Assembly (NCBI GenBank): GCA_965603825.1 | Contig: CBFDEM010000004.1 | Location: 248,001 to 312,000 of the forward strand | Reading direction: 5' to 3' | Source of the DNA: Blepharisma stoltei ATCC 30299 | Lineage: Eukaryota > Protista > Ciliophora | DNA length: 64,000 nt | Shown: positions 25,291-37,208 of the stretch, one piece after another | How positions within the stretch are numbered: the stretch's first letter is position 1 | Layout of the letters: each line of letters starts with the position of its first letter | Program-made: the position numbers and the translations under genes | Notes under the pieces: model-generated | The model's database searches: none | The model's input: the letters and a program-made list of their open reading frames with translations, nothing else | Told to the model about the DNA's origin: nothing

Positions 25291-26148
25291 TTAAGCTTGT
25301 GCTTGCTCTTGCTCTTGTGCTTGCTCCTGTGCTTGTTCTTGCGCTTGTGCTTGTTCTTGTTCTTGCGCTTGCTCTTGTACTTGCTCTTGCACTTGAACTT
25401 GTACTTGCACTTGTTCCTTTGAGCCATAGCGATTAAGAATGCTTGCTAAATTTTCATCTTCTCTAACACCATGAATGTCTACAGCTTTTCCAATCATCTC
25501 TTGAGTGACTGCATGCTTTTCCTGAATGTGGATAGATGAAGCATTGCGAATCAACTCTGGTAGCATTTCTGGGTTTTCTGCTAGCAATTCTGCTTCGAAA
25601 TCTGCTTGCTCTTTCAAAATATCAGTAAGAATTTTTTTCTCAGTCATAATCGGATGATCAATTTTGCCCATTTTTTCTAATAAATTGATATACTCTTCTC
25701 CTTGAAGCTCTCTCAAAATTCCTTCTTTTTCTGCGTCGGTAAGGTCTTTCTCTCCCATAAGGGTCTCTAGAGCTTGCTTCTTAATCTTTTCTTGCTCTTC
25801 CAAATATTCTTTATATTTTCTGGTTATGTCTGAAGTGATTTCACTTAGTTTGATTTTTTCCATTGCTTCATTGTAAGCTTTTTCTGCTTTTTCAAGTTCT
25901 GGAGTGCAGGCTTCTTGAATTGCGTGGCAAAGCTGGTTAGTGTTGTGCTTGTGATCTTTATTCCCAGTTTTAGAATCTTCTTCAGAAAGCTTTTGATTAA
26001 ATCTTTTGGCAAAATGCTTAGCAATTTCGTCTTTTGAGACTTTTTTTGGGGGTTCATTCACTAAGTACTTAAGAAGAGCAAGTCCAGCAGTTAGTCCAAG
26101 TCCAACAAGGATAAGTTTGCTATAGTGATCTTTTATGAATTTACTCAT
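25291..26148 (-). CDS. N-terminally membrane-anchored helical protein with (Q-E/A/V) repeat tail, 285 aa
   Basis: Uninterrupted ORF; LILVGLGLTAGLALLKYL near the N-terminus. Confidence 0.8.
   Translation of the reverse strand: MSKFIKDHYSKLILVGLGLTAGLALLKYLVNEPPKKVSKDEIAKHFAKRFNQKLSEEDSKTGNKDHKHNTNQLCHAIQEACTPELEKAEKAYNEAMEKIKLSEITSDITRKYKEYLEEQEKIKKQALETLMGEKDLTDAEKEGILRELQGEEYINLLEKMGKIDHPIMTEKKILTDILKEQADFEAELLAENPEMLPELIRNASSIHIQEKHAVTQEMIGKAVDIHGVREDENLASILNRYGSKEQVQVQVQVQEQVQEQAQEQEQAQAQEQAQEQAQEQEQAQA
25294..25416 (-). repeat. Coding 6-bp-period repeat encoding EQVQVQ...EQAQA
   Basis: Alternating CAR/GNN codons, about 41 codons, directly before the stop. Confidence 0.9.
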
Positions 26149-26411
26149 TTTTATCCAGAGATATTATATTCTTAATTATTGAATTGTATATTTAATTTAT
26201 TAGATTTTATCATTATTCATTGATATTGCAAGATTAAAAGAAAATTATTTTATAATCTTGAATTGAATTACGCATTTTTATGGCCCAATCTAAAATTTTA
26301 TTAGACAGCTATTCAATTTTGTAACGAAATTTCACACATTATAATAAATATTCAATAAAGCGATTAATTAAAAGCAAACTTAATTATTGTTGTTATCAAC
26401 ATAGCTATGCA

Positions 26412-27236
26412 TTATATGCTAAGCCTATTTTTTTTTGTATTGCAAAATATTTCCCTTGGAAATCTTCGTTTTGGCTTTTTGAGCTCAGACCATCTTATTT
26501 CAGGCTTAAATGTAACTTGAAAAGGCGAACTTTCGCCATAATTTCTATCAGTGCTAACAGGAGTTGATGGGTCAAATTTTGGTACTTGTCTTGAAGGCTG
26601 TGGTTCTTCAGGAGCTTGAGCCTTATTTGGGCCAGTCTCTTGCAATTTTTTAATTAGAATCTCTTGATTTTTCAATTTTCTTCTTAAATTCTCATGCTCT
26701 TTTGCCAAATGATAAATATTTTCACTCAATAAATCTATGTCACTAGAGGGTTCTACGTCATTTGATAAACTCATTGGCAAGGTAGACGACCTTTTATAAA
26801 ATTGCGGGGTATCTCTTTTAGGTGACACAGAGCCCTCATTTTTATATAAGCTTGGAAAAACTAATTTTCTTCTTATTGGTGATTGGACTGGAAAGTAAGC
26901 CTTCCCATCATAATAATCTGAGAGTTGATTAATATCATTGAAGGAAGCATTTTGAGATGGAAAGCAGCCAGTTTGATTGTAAAGGGTTGGCTTAATGGGG
27001 GAGTTTGCATTTGATCGTGAAGAGACTCTAAGATTTCTGGGCTTTAGAGAATTTGAACGCATAGGCTGACTTGCTTGAGTTAGATATGCGACAGTTGTCG
27101 GGCTATCGTCTTCATTAAGAGAGCTTTTAGTTTCAAAATCCAAAATATCCATAAAACTTTTAGTTGGGGATCTTGGCTCCTCAAGCGGGATTATTGGTAT
27201 CAGTTTTATAATTCTTCTCACCTCATGCTTGTCCAT
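26412..27236 (-). CDS. Hypothetical Ser/Pro-rich protein with short coiled coil, 274 aa
   Basis: Uninterrupted ORF flanked by AT-rich intergenic DNA. Confidence 0.75.
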   Translation of the reverse strand: MDKHEVRRIIKLIPIIPLEEPRSPTKSFMDILDFETKSSLNEDDSPTTVAYLTQASQPMRSNSLKPRNLRVSSRSNANSPIKPTLYNQTGCFPSQNASFNDINQLSDYYDGKAYFPVQSPIRRKLVFPSLYKNEGSVSPKRDTPQFYKRSSTLPMSLSNDVEPSSDIDLLSENIYHLAKEHENLRRKLKNQEILIKKLQETGPNKAQAPEEPQPSRQVPKFDPSTPVSTDRNYGESSPFQVTFKPEIRWSELKKPKRRFPREIFCNTKKNRLSI

Positions 27237-27518
27237 TTAGTTTTTTATATAATTAAAATTTATAGTTATTAATTAATTATATTAAGCCTTAGAATAATTA
27301 TGACGAATTGGAGAAAATCATTATAAATTTCTGATATCAAAAATTAAGAGCTGATAATTAAAAGATGATAATTTAGTGCTTTTTTCCTTCTAAGACAATT
27401 TTTCTATGGTCTTAATTTAAATTAGTTCTCATTTGCATATTTAATTCATAAATAATTAACATTTTTTATATGAAAAATTAGAGGCAGAATAGAATGATTA
27501 ATTATTGATATTCTTAAT

Positions 27519-29216
27519 ATGGAAGTTGTGGCCCATTTCCCTATTACCAAAACACTTGACCTCATTCAAGATTTTGGATTCCCTACAGCTGCAACCAGGG
27601 TAAGGGTTTCTCAAGACTTCAATTACATAGCTTCAAGCGGAGTTTATCCTCCTCAAGCTAGAATTTTTGATCTCTCTGAGCTTTCAATGAAATGCCAAAG
27701 AAATTTTGATGCAGAAATTGTCCAATTTTATTTTCTCTCTGAAGACTATAAAAAACTCGCATTTTTATTGGACAATCGCTCAATTGAGCTTCATGCCCAA
27801 TACGGAAAGCATTATTCAACCAGAATTCCTCGATTTGGAAGGGACATGACTTACAATCCTTTTAACTGTGAATTGTATATTGTTGGAGCCACAAATGAAG
27901 CTTATAGGCTGAACTTAGAGCAAGGTAGATTTATGGCTTCTTTAGAGTCAGAAATTTGCAATGGACTTAATGTATGCGAACTTAACAAAGAGTTGAAATG
28001 GATTTTAGCGTGTGGAGGAGAAGATGGTCTTATTGAATGCTGGGATTTGAGGCAGAGGAATAGAATATCTCTGATAGAAACTAATGGAGGAGAAATTTCT
28101 GCTTTGAGTTTTGATGATGAAGGGCTGTATATGGGTGTAGGGCATAACTCTGGGGTTGTTCAAATTTATGATATTAGGTACAGTAAGCCTATTTACTCAA
28201 TTAAACACCACAATAAAACACAAATAAAAGGTGTTAAATTTCATTCAGCTGGGCAGCATATTCTCACAAGTGACACAAAAGGAACAAAAATAACCAATAA
28301 AATTAATGGGAAATTACTCACAACTATAGAATCTGAAGCTAACATTAATGACATAGAGTTATGTGGAAAATCAGGATTAATCTTTATTCCAAATGAATCA
28401 CCCAAAATTGAGGTCCATTTTATTCCAGCCTTAGGTCCTGCTCCTACATGGTGCCCATTTTTAGAAAACTTGACGGAAGAATTTGAAGAGAAAAAGCCAA
28501 AATCTGTGCTAGACAATAAACAGTTTGTAACAATTGAAGAGCTTGAAAAGTAATTTCTATTTAGACTTAATGGAACTGATTTAATTGGCACAGAGGAACT
28601 TGAAGCATACATGCACGGGTATTTAATGGATACGAAACTTTATTATAAGCTTCAGGCACTTGCAATGCCTTTCGATTATAATGAATACAGAAAAGAAAGA
28701 ATTAAAAAGAAACTCGAGGAGAAAACAGCGGAAAGAATCACAATTAGAAAAAGACTACCAAAAGTCAATAAAAACTTAGCACAAGAACTACTGTCCGATG
28801 AAAAAAATAAAAAGAAAGTTAAAGGAAAAGAGCTTCTTGAAGATAGCAGATTTTCAGCGCTTTTTAATGATGAAAAATTCCAAATAAATACAGAATCTGA
28901 AGATTATTTGAGATTGCATAGGAGACAGCCTAAGGAAAAAGTAGAAGAGATCAAAGAAGATGAAAGCGATGAGGAAAGCGATGAAAATATCATTGCAAAA
29001 GTACCGAAAAAAAGAAAAATTGATGAAGGTGCAGAAGAAATAGAGGATGGGATGAGTGATGAGGAAAGGCCATTTAGAGAAAGAATGGAAGAAGACAGCC
29101 ATGAAAAGAAAAAGCATGGTGTTAGAGTGAAAAAGTCAAAAGTTCTCAAAGAAAAGCCAGACATGAAGAACAGGAGACCTTTTGTCCCATTACACAAACT
29201 TCTTAAATCGAAATAA
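27519..29216 (+). CDS. NOL10: Nucleolar protein 10 / Enp2 (WD40, 40S biogenesis), 560 aa
   Basis: LIQDF.FP, R.IELHAQYG.HY.TRIP.FGRD, YRLNLEQGRF, FIPALGPAP.WC.FLENLTEE, AYMHGY, LPKVN..LA, DSRFSALF. Intron 28550-28564. Confidence 0.95.
28550..28564 (+). other. 15-nt spliceosomal intron
   Basis: gtaatttctatttag contains an in-frame TAA; removal restores ELEKLNGTDLIGTEELEAYMHGY. Confidence 0.92.
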
Positions 29217-29293
29217 CACAATTTTATTAGTTTTCTGTGAAAGATGTGGTTTTTATAAGGTAAATATATAAATTAAACTATTGATAATAATTA

Positions 29294-29593
29294 ATGCAAG
29301 ATAACATTACCTCCGAACAACCGCTATCAATTCCAGCCGAAATTAAACCTCCGATAACAATAATTTTGCCAATTCCAAGACGAGCAGCATACAATGTTAT
29401 TGCTAACGCATCTATAGACTTATCTGCAGACAACACCTTGGAGGAAATTCAAAATCAAGCCAATAGAAAAGCTGGAAAGCATCAATTTTTGTTGTATATG
29501 CAATTTCTTGGTAGTTTTTGCAGATGCATCCACAAAAGGAGTTCATCATCAGCAGTATCGCCAGATAAATCCGCAAGATATCAAGTTAGCTAA
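29294..29593 (+). CDS. Small hypothetical protein, 99 aa
   Basis: ATG-TAA ORF, GC-richer than its flanks; no family recognised. Confidence 0.5.
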   Translation: MQDNITSEQPLSIPAEIKPPITIILPIPRRAAYNVIANASIDLSADNTLEEIQNQANRKAGKHQFLLYMQFLGSFCRCIHKRSSSSAVSPDKSARYQVS

Positions 29594-30069
29594 AACTGGC
29601 ATACATTTAATTCAAATTTTTGTAATTTATCAATTTTAATACGATGAAAGTGGACAATTCAAAGCTATTTCATATCTAAATAAATTGAAATATATGTTTT
29701 TAATAAATAAGCCTGTAAAAGTATTTATAGGGATAATAAGAATTATTTTAAAGCTTATCGCATCAATTTTACCTTAATCGCTAATAAAAAATAAATTCAC
29801 CAAATTAGTAACTGTGGATATGCGCTATCATTATATTCATAGACAGTGTAAATTTATTTTTTATAAAATTATAAAAGAAATCAATCGGTTTATATTAGTT
29901 TTTGCAATATAAGTTCAACTTTTTGATTATAAATTTCACCATATTATTACTTTATTTTAATTTATGTATTTTTATGATAGAGACATCTTTATTTTCAGCC
30001 ATACCTCTATGGAGAATTATCTTAATAAATACAACACTTAATATCTATTTGCCTAGCAAGCTTTATTAT

Positions 30070-30651
30070 TTATATACCTATATGGGCTTCAGTAAGGAAC
30101 TTCTGGTTTTTCTTATCATATAAACACTCAATATTTCCATTGACTGCATTGATCTTTTTAGTAAATGCGCTCGCAGTTTCATGGCAAACCTTCTGAAAAA
30201 CCAAGGTTGAGAGGTTTTGATACATTATATTACTAAACCTAAATTTCACTGAATAATGAGTTTCACATTTTGTTAGCTTCACATGATCGTCTGCTGAGCC
30301 TGCCAGCTCAGATTTTTCGGGATAGAATTCCCATATGCTTTCAAGGACTTCGAAAACAGAGTTCTTATTGGAAACTGATACAATTTTAGATGGCATCGCT
30401 AGTGTTACTTTGGATAGGTAAGTTTGAGTAATTGGAGGGAAGCCGATTGTCATATTGGCTTCTGCGTAATTGGCTGACTTTTGACTGACTCTGCATTCGG
30501 TAACCCAAGGAACAAAAGTTGGGTAGCTGTTCATGTCTGCAACTGTGTTATACGCTATTATAGGAGATTTATTGAAGTGAAGCACTGTCTTATGAGTGAA
30601 AAGCTCAGTTTTCCCCAAATCAAAAAAGCATCTCCTAATAATCGTATTCAT
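30070..30651 (-). CDS. COQ10: Coenzyme Q-binding protein COQ10 (START domain), 193 aa
   Basis: YNTVADMNSYPTFVPWV, A.MTIGFPPITQTYLSKVT, F..LESIWEF, Y.V.FRF. Confidence 0.85.
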   Translation of the reverse strand: MNTIIRRCFFDLGKTELFTHKTVLHFNKSPIIAYNTVADMNSYPTFVPWVTECRVSQKSANYAEANMTIGFPPITQTYLSKVTLAMPSKIVSVSNKNSVFEVLESIWEFYPEKSELAGSADDHVKLTKCETHYSVKFRFSNIMYQNLSTLVFQKVCHETASAFTKKINAVNGNIECLYDKKNQKFLTEAHIGI

Positions 30652-30723
30652 TTTTATTACTTAGAAAACTGTAAGTTTATTATGTCTCTGAAAATGCATT
30701 ATAATGAATTTCATTTAAATTGA

Positions 30724-31818
30724 TTATGACTCATCCCTTGGACCTGCTGAATTAGCTCTTGTTAAAAAATTTTTTATTTTACTTGCAATTTGTTCGGCTG
30801 AATTACTTTGGAACTCCATCAAATTATTATCAATAAATTTGATATAAAATCTTCTCTCGCTGTTTGGATGGACAAAAACGCTTTCAATTGATTTTATGTC
30901 ATATACATATTTGTTGCTATGCTCTTCAATTTCTATTATATATTCGCCCGTATGATTTCTTTTTAGCTCAATAGTAGCTGGACGGTTTATTAAATGATTA
31001 ATTTTAGTGACGTCATGCTTTTGATAATAAGACTCAGCCTCTTCAAGCTCATTTTTATATTGCATAAGTTTATTTGATAGCATAGCTTCATTTTCTCCTT
31101 GTTTTAGCAGCCTTTCATTTAGCCTGGCGATCTGTCCTTGCTTTACCAATATTTCTTGCTTAATTACCTGTATTTCTTCTTCAATTGCTTGATAAGTGTT
31201 GCTTGCCATCTCCAGGTCCGCTTTTAATTTCTTTTCTGTCTCAAGTAAATTATTATAAGACATCTGAGCATCTCTCATGTCTTTTTCCAACGATTCTTGT
31301 TGTCTTAATGTATCTGCCAGCTGCGCTTGCAGCTCACTTACAGTTTTTCTCAATGTGTCATCTTTGCTTTTTATTTCTTTTTGAATTTCTTCGCAGGCTT
31401 GATTAATGGTTGCGTACATAGTTTGTAAATCCTGATTTTCTTGCTTTAAAAAATGATATTCTTCCAATAACTTCTTGTTTTGCTGCTCCAAAGTGGCGAC
31501 ACTTTTTTTCGGAACTTTTGCTGGTGAGCTGCTGCCATTCTTATTCCTTTCTTTTAGCTGTGTTAATTCTTGTTCGAGTCTTTCTCTTTCTTCGTTCATT
31601 GTTTTTATTTGTGAATCTTTTTCTGCGAGGGTTAGGTTGAGCATTCCAAGCTTTTTTTGGAGACTGTCGGCTAATTCTAAATCCTTTTGTTTGGCTTCTC
31701 TTTCCATAAGCACTGCTTTTTTCATAATAGCGATTTTCTTTTTGCAGTCCTGTGCTGCATCTTCTCCAGGAGGACTTGAGGGAAGTGAGTTTGTTCTTGT
31801 GTCTCGTCTAGAATCCAT
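30724..31818 (-). CDS. Coiled-coil protein with possible C-terminal PH-like domain, 364 aa
   Basis: Uninterrupted ORF; long heptad-rich region followed by a beta-rich segment and a terminal helix. Confidence 0.75.
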   Translation of the reverse strand: MDSRRDTRTNSLPSSPPGEDAAQDCKKKIAIMKKAVLMEREAKQKDLELADSLQKKLGMLNLTLAEKDSQIKTMNEERERLEQELTQLKERNKNGSSSPAKVPKKSVATLEQQNKKLLEEYHFLKQENQDLQTMYATINQACEEIQKEIKSKDDTLRKTVSELQAQLADTLRQQESLEKDMRDAQMSYNNLLETEKKLKADLEMASNTYQAIEEEIQVIKQEILVKQGQIARLNERLLKQGENEAMLSNKLMQYKNELEEAESYYQKHDVTKINHLINRPATIELKRNHTGEYIIEIEEHSNKYVYDIKSIESVFVHPNSERRFYIKFIDNNLMEFQSNSAEQIASKIKNFLTRANSAGPRDES

Positions 31819-31858
31819 TTTATTATATACTCAACAATTTTTAAATAATTAATTTTCA

Positions 31859-33664
31859 TTATACACTTATGGGCTGCCTAGCTGCTCTCTCTAGTTCTGA
31901 TACCCTATTTGAGAGTTCTCTATTCAAATGCTTTATTTGTTTCAGCTCTTCTTCTCGATCAGCCAATGATTGAGTTAAAGAATTTATTATTTTTTGATAA
32001 TCAAATGTAGACATTGTATGAGTTTTTGTGAAAATTTTTCTTAATTCATTATTCCTCTCAATTTCCTCTTCAAGTCTCTTTCTATTTAATTTAATAAGCT
32101 GGTCAAAATTTGAAGCTAACTCTTGAGATCTTTTTAATTCAGACGAAAGCGCTATATTTTGCTGTTTAAGCTCTTCTATTTCTCTTTCATAATCAGTTAC
32201 ATCTTTAGGGGTTTTCGCTAATTTTGATAGAAGTTTTTCATTTTCTGCTGCTAGAGACTCGATTTTCTTTTTGAAAAAATTCTTTTCAGACTCCATTTTA
32301 TTTAAGATGTCTATATTTTCTTGTTTATGCTGTTTTATCCTGCTTTTATAAACTGCGATTTTTTCTCTCAATTCACGGATTTCTTTGTCTTGATTTTCAT
32401 CTGTGCTCTCAGAAATTTCATCTTGGAAAGACCTAACACTTGAGTTCGAAGAGCTTCCACCACACAAATCAGTATTTCCATCTAATTTTCCAAAAACTTC
32501 TATTAGTGATGCTACTATAATTTTGCATTTTTCGCATGGATGGGATCGTCTAATGATATCGTTCAAATCATCCTTCACAATTTTCAGTAAAAGAGCATAA
32601 CCATTTTCAGTAGTTTTTTGTTGGTCTAGTCTTAACTCGAATGTTTCATTTTGCTCTTTATACATGATGATATCTTGTCTTAAAAATTTCAGCTCACTTT
32701 CATATTTTTCTATCAGCTGATTTTGCTTCAAGAGTTTATCTCTTAATTCAGTATTTTCTATTTCAAGCTCTTTTGCATGAGTTTGGTATTTCTCAGTCAT
32801 ATTATTTGTCTTTTCATTACTTTCTTTTAGCAAATTCAAAGCAGAAATTGCAACTTCATAGTCTTTGTTTAAATCAAATAGCCTAGATGAAAGCTCTTGA
32901 TTTTTAAATAGCAAGTCAGACTGACCTTGTGTGATAATTTTGCTGCAAAACATTCGTATTGAAATTGCTATAATATCTCTTTCAAAAGGCTTATCAGTAG
33001 AAAAATCAAGCTTTCTGTCTCTAAACACAATAGAAAAATTTGTATTAGTACGATGATGGATTTGGATTTGTGGAAATTCCCTATCCATGCTAACAGAAAT
33101 TATCTTTTTGTCGTTTTGATAAGCAATATTCATTTTTTCATCTTCTACCTTAATAATCACATATCCAGGCACTAATTCCTTCGAGCTTCCTCCTATTAAA
33201 TTTGCAATGAAAATGCCTGAGTTTATTTTCAGCATTTCTTGAACTGAGGATTGCACTTGGGGGTCTATCTGAATAGGTCCTATTTCACTGAATGCGGGCA
33301 TTCCTGTATATTCTTCAGCTTCACTGACAGGAACAGCATGCACACAAATTTTGCAGCCTATATCATCAGCATTTGGCTGATAAAAAGCGCCATAAACTCC
33401 ATCGATAGGAGTGAACTGATTTTCATTTGTAGCCCTATATCATGTGCACTTCAAAGGTAGTGGCATCCCAATATTAGGGCCAACTTTCATTGTTGCGCAT
33501 GCTTCTATTAGAGAAGTCTGATAAGGGCCACCTTTTAGTTGAAAATTTAAGCATGTTTCATCAAAAACAGTAGCTGATGGAGTGTCAGCGGTATTATTTT
33601 CCGCTTCTTTTTGTGTTTTTTTCTTGAAAAGAGAAAATTTCTTTGAGTGACCTTCTTCAGACAT
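31859..33664 (-). CDS. A9/SCAB-type Ig domain + PH-like domain + long coiled coil, 601 aa
   Basis: Joined through TGA 33440-33442: LKCT-W-YRATNENQFTPIDGVYGAFYQPNADDIGCKICVHAVP; then RDIIAISIRMF and a coiled coil. Confidence 0.7.
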
Positions 33665-33757
33665 TTTTTAAAAATGATAAGTTTCAGAATTAACTTAGCA
33701 CTCTTCTATTAAAATAAATTGAAATTAATGGGATCAAAAATAATGGCTTAATTCAAA

Positions 33758-35194
33758 TTAAAAAGGGAATATTGATCTCTTCTTATCTTTTTGCTTAGGA
33801 GCTTTAGAGGAAATAGTATCTGTATTGTACAAAGACTGTATATAGGCAGAGTTAAGCTCACTCTCCACCCACACGTGCCACTTATGGAACGGAATGTTAT
33901 CTCTTATAGCTTTTTGATAAAGTGTTTGTGCTGGTATTATACAGATTGTTTCCATGTAAGGAGAATTCATTTTGACTGTTTGGGTTGTCTATATTAAAAT
34001 TACCAATAAAAAGTATTCTTCTGCAGGGTCCTTTCTTGTTATTTTTTCTTTTTTACCTTCAATAATGACGCTTCCTTCGTTTACGATACTGCACAGCTTT
34101 TCTTTTCCAAAAATAAAGCTTTCTTTTCCATTAGAAGCTATTGATATAAACCCTTTTTGGTACTTCGGTTCCGGTCGAGTAGTTGTTGTTTTCGATCTTT
34201 CGATTCTATAATTGCCATTTGAAGGAGAGGGTGAAGGTTTTTCTTCAATTTCGCACTCTTCAAGGGTTTCAAACCCGTTTTCGTTTTCAATACATTCTAG
34301 CTCATTCAGCAAGCTCATATGTCTACTCTGTCTTCTTGAGTTAGCTTTTCTATTTATGTTCATATTTTCAATGACATTAAGATCTTCCTCCAGTTTTTCA
34401 TTCTGGCTCCTTATTTTTTCAAATTTTATAGCCATTATTTCATACTTTTTCTCAATCTCATTTTTATCGTCCTTGCATTTTTCCAGCTCCCCTTCAAGAT
34501 CTTTTAGCTTCTGCATGCATATGCAATGTTTTTTATCCAATTTCTCATACTCCTCTTTTACTTCTTGGAGCTGGTTTTCCATTTTATTCTTTTCTTCAAA
34601 GCTTCTTTTAAGTTTTCTCTCCAGCTCGAATTTTGTCCTATGCATTTCATCCAGCTGTTTTCTGAAGCTTAATTTTAGCTCTTCTATTTCACTTTCATAG
34701 TTTTTAACTGAAATCATAAGAGTATCAGGGAGTTCTTTCAGTTTGCAGCTTTCATTTAAAACTCTTTTATTTTCTGCTGTAATAATTAATAACTGTTCTT
34801 CACATTTGATTAGCGCTCCGTTAACTTGTTCATATTTTTCTTCTGAGGTTAAAAGTTCTTCTTTGTATCTGTTGATTTCAATGTTGAGCAGGCGAGCTTT
34901 ATCTTTTTGAATGGCTTTTTTGAGTTTGTATTCTTTTAGTCTGCTATTAAGTGTGTCATTGTTGTCAAGCAGCATTGTTGCAATACCGATGCAAGCTTGA
35001 AGCTCTCTTTCTCTTTCGGTCAGCTCTTGGATTACATCTCTGAGTTCATCTAAAGGATTGTCTTTGTGCATATTTGAACGGCCCCTTCGCTCTAGAAATG
35101 GGACAATTAATTGATTTGAAATAGAACCCAAGACTGATCGAAGCTGCCGACCATCAATTTCTATGTCTCGAGGAGAGCTGAGTTCATCTTCCAT
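33758..35194 (-). CDS. Coiled-coil protein with CC1-box-like N-terminus and C-terminal PFHKWH domain, 473 aa
   Basis: Intron 33989-34003 joins ORFs 33989-35194 and 33758-33970 (EEYFLL|TTQTVKMNSP). Confidence 0.75.
33989..34003 (-). other. 15-nt spliceosomal intron
   Basis: Minus-strand gtaattttaatatag ends in an in-frame TAG. Confidence 0.88.
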
Positions 35195-35453
35195 CTTATG
35201 ACGAAGTTTATATATAATATTTGTTTCAAATTCTTAAAATGAATTTTAGTCATTATAATGATTCTACAACTGATTTTTTATGATTAAAAATTATTAGCTG
35301 CGCGCATTTAGATTAATAAATTTCACTATTTGAAAGTCCTTAATTAAGTGATAATTTATATTTGCTTATTTCTCAAATAAAAGCTCGGTAATAATAAAAG
35401 ATCAATCATTAAATTAATTTCATGATAAATTAATTCAATATACTTCATATAAA

Positions 35454-37190
35454 ATGTCCAGTCGACCTAAAAATCAGACTCAATCAAAAAAAGCCCAAAA
35501 TACAAATTCTATGAAAGAAGTTCTCCAGCAAAGCCAACACACAAATGAGCTTTTAAGGATAAATATTTCTAGAGCTGAAGACATCGCAATAATAAAAGCG
35601 ATATCAGACAGAAAAACAGGTAGATTGAGACTGCAGACAAAGCTGGCAGAAAAAACGCTATCCGAGGCTGAGTATAAAGAAGAGTGAAGGTTAATAAAAG
35701 AAGACAGCATTTTATCGCACCTAATTAATGTAAAATTTGACACGCCTCCACAAAAAAAGCATCTAGAAAAAATTTCAAGAAAAATCCTGAGGGTTAATAT
35801 GCAGTTCGAAGACGACCCTGATGACAACGATCTAAATCTGTCAGAAATTCATGTACAAAACATAATGAACGTAAAAATTGGCCCTGAAAATACGTTTTTG
35901 ACTTATAATGAGAAAGGTGAAACGTATGTTTCAGTTCCACAAGGCTCAGTTAATATCTCCACGTGGCGAGAGCAATACTCCAAGCCAATCAAAATTCTTG
36001 AAGCCTGCTTATATGGAGAAATTTTGAATGTCTTCAACGTTTTAAGTCATTGTATAAAGCATAGCCGACAAAATTTTGAATTAGAAGTTCTGAGGCAGCG
36101 AGCTGCAATAGAGCAAGGCATATCAACGACAGCTCCTAACATATCTGTTATAATAACATCAAAGCAGCAAAACAAATCTTCTCTTAATCTGTCAAAAAAA
36201 GTATCAAATTCGCCTACAAAGAAATCATCTGCCCAGCCTTTGCCTGAAATTGAATGAGAGCCATCTATGGTTAGGATGCTTTTAGATAATAATGCTGAAA
36301 TTGAGAAAGGGATTAAAAGCTTCATCATAGAATATAACGAAAGACAAGCCAAACAAGAAAGTGATGGATTTTCTGCAAAAGAAAAAACATCTCACACCAA
36401 AGCAATAAGAGCAAGGAATTATGAAAAATATCCTCCTGTTAATCCTCTAAAAGCGGAATATCAAGAAGTTGTTTTGTCGAGCGTCAGGACCTTAAAGAAA
36501 ATGCAAACAATACCTGAAATTTTATTTGATTTGGATAACCCTTATTTTGACGAAAAACTTACTGTTGAGCAAAGAGTGAAAATTATTCACTCATGTGTAG
36601 TTATACAAAAAGCATGGGAGAAGAAAAAACTCAAAATTTATACAAAATCAGCTATAATGATCCAAGGAGCTATCAAAATTTTCTTGGCAAAAAGAAAGCT
36701 TTTCCTTCGGAGAATAGACGGCTTTAGGAGAGTATTTTTCTGGGAGCGCTTAAAACACTGATATTCGCTTCTTGCTAACAAATTCAAGGAAAAGAAATCA
36801 AAAGTCAATTTTAATAAGGAATATCTTCAATACACATATCAAGTCAGAATAATTCAAAGAATTGCCAGAGGCTACATCGCCCGAAAAACGAAAGTGTATT
36901 GGACAAGAAAACTAAAAGAATTTGTGAAAAGAAACACATTTACTGAGAAATACAGAAAAAAGCAAGCTCTTTGAAAAGTAAGCATAGATGAGGAAGAAGC
37001 TTCATTGAATAACACACAAAATATTATGGAGGAGCTTCTAACAGTAAAGCTTCAACTTGACGATAAAAGCAAAAGAAGAAATGAAAAAGACTTGCTTGAA
37101 TATATAAACAATTTAGAAAAATGCAAAATGGAGTATAGGCGGCAGTATATGACCAAAGCTAGAAATAAAAGGCTTCAACTATTAGACTAA
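35454..37190 (+). CDS. IQ-motif (calmodulin-binding) protein, 578 aa
   Basis: Four same-frame fragments joined by TGA at 35685, 36255, 36759 and 36972. IQKAWEKK, IQGAIKIFLAKRK, IQRIARGYIARK. Confidence 0.75.
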
Positions 37191-37208
37191 TAATTTATTA
37201 ATTTATAA

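Noticed and set aside
25239-25427. Lys/His-rich 62-aa ORF
   Set aside because: Alternative-frame shadow of the (QX)n repeat in the 25291-26148 gene.
29902-30123. Hydrophobic 73-aa ORF
   Set aside because: TTG start, extremely AT-rich, overlaps the COQ10 3' end; typical intergenic noise.
31475-34700. Ser/Phe/Leu-rich plus-strand ORFs (31475-31852, 34212-34700; also 48345-48722, 28904-29221, 9425-9727)
   Set aside because: Antisense shadows of Glu/Lys-rich genes; no independent motifs.
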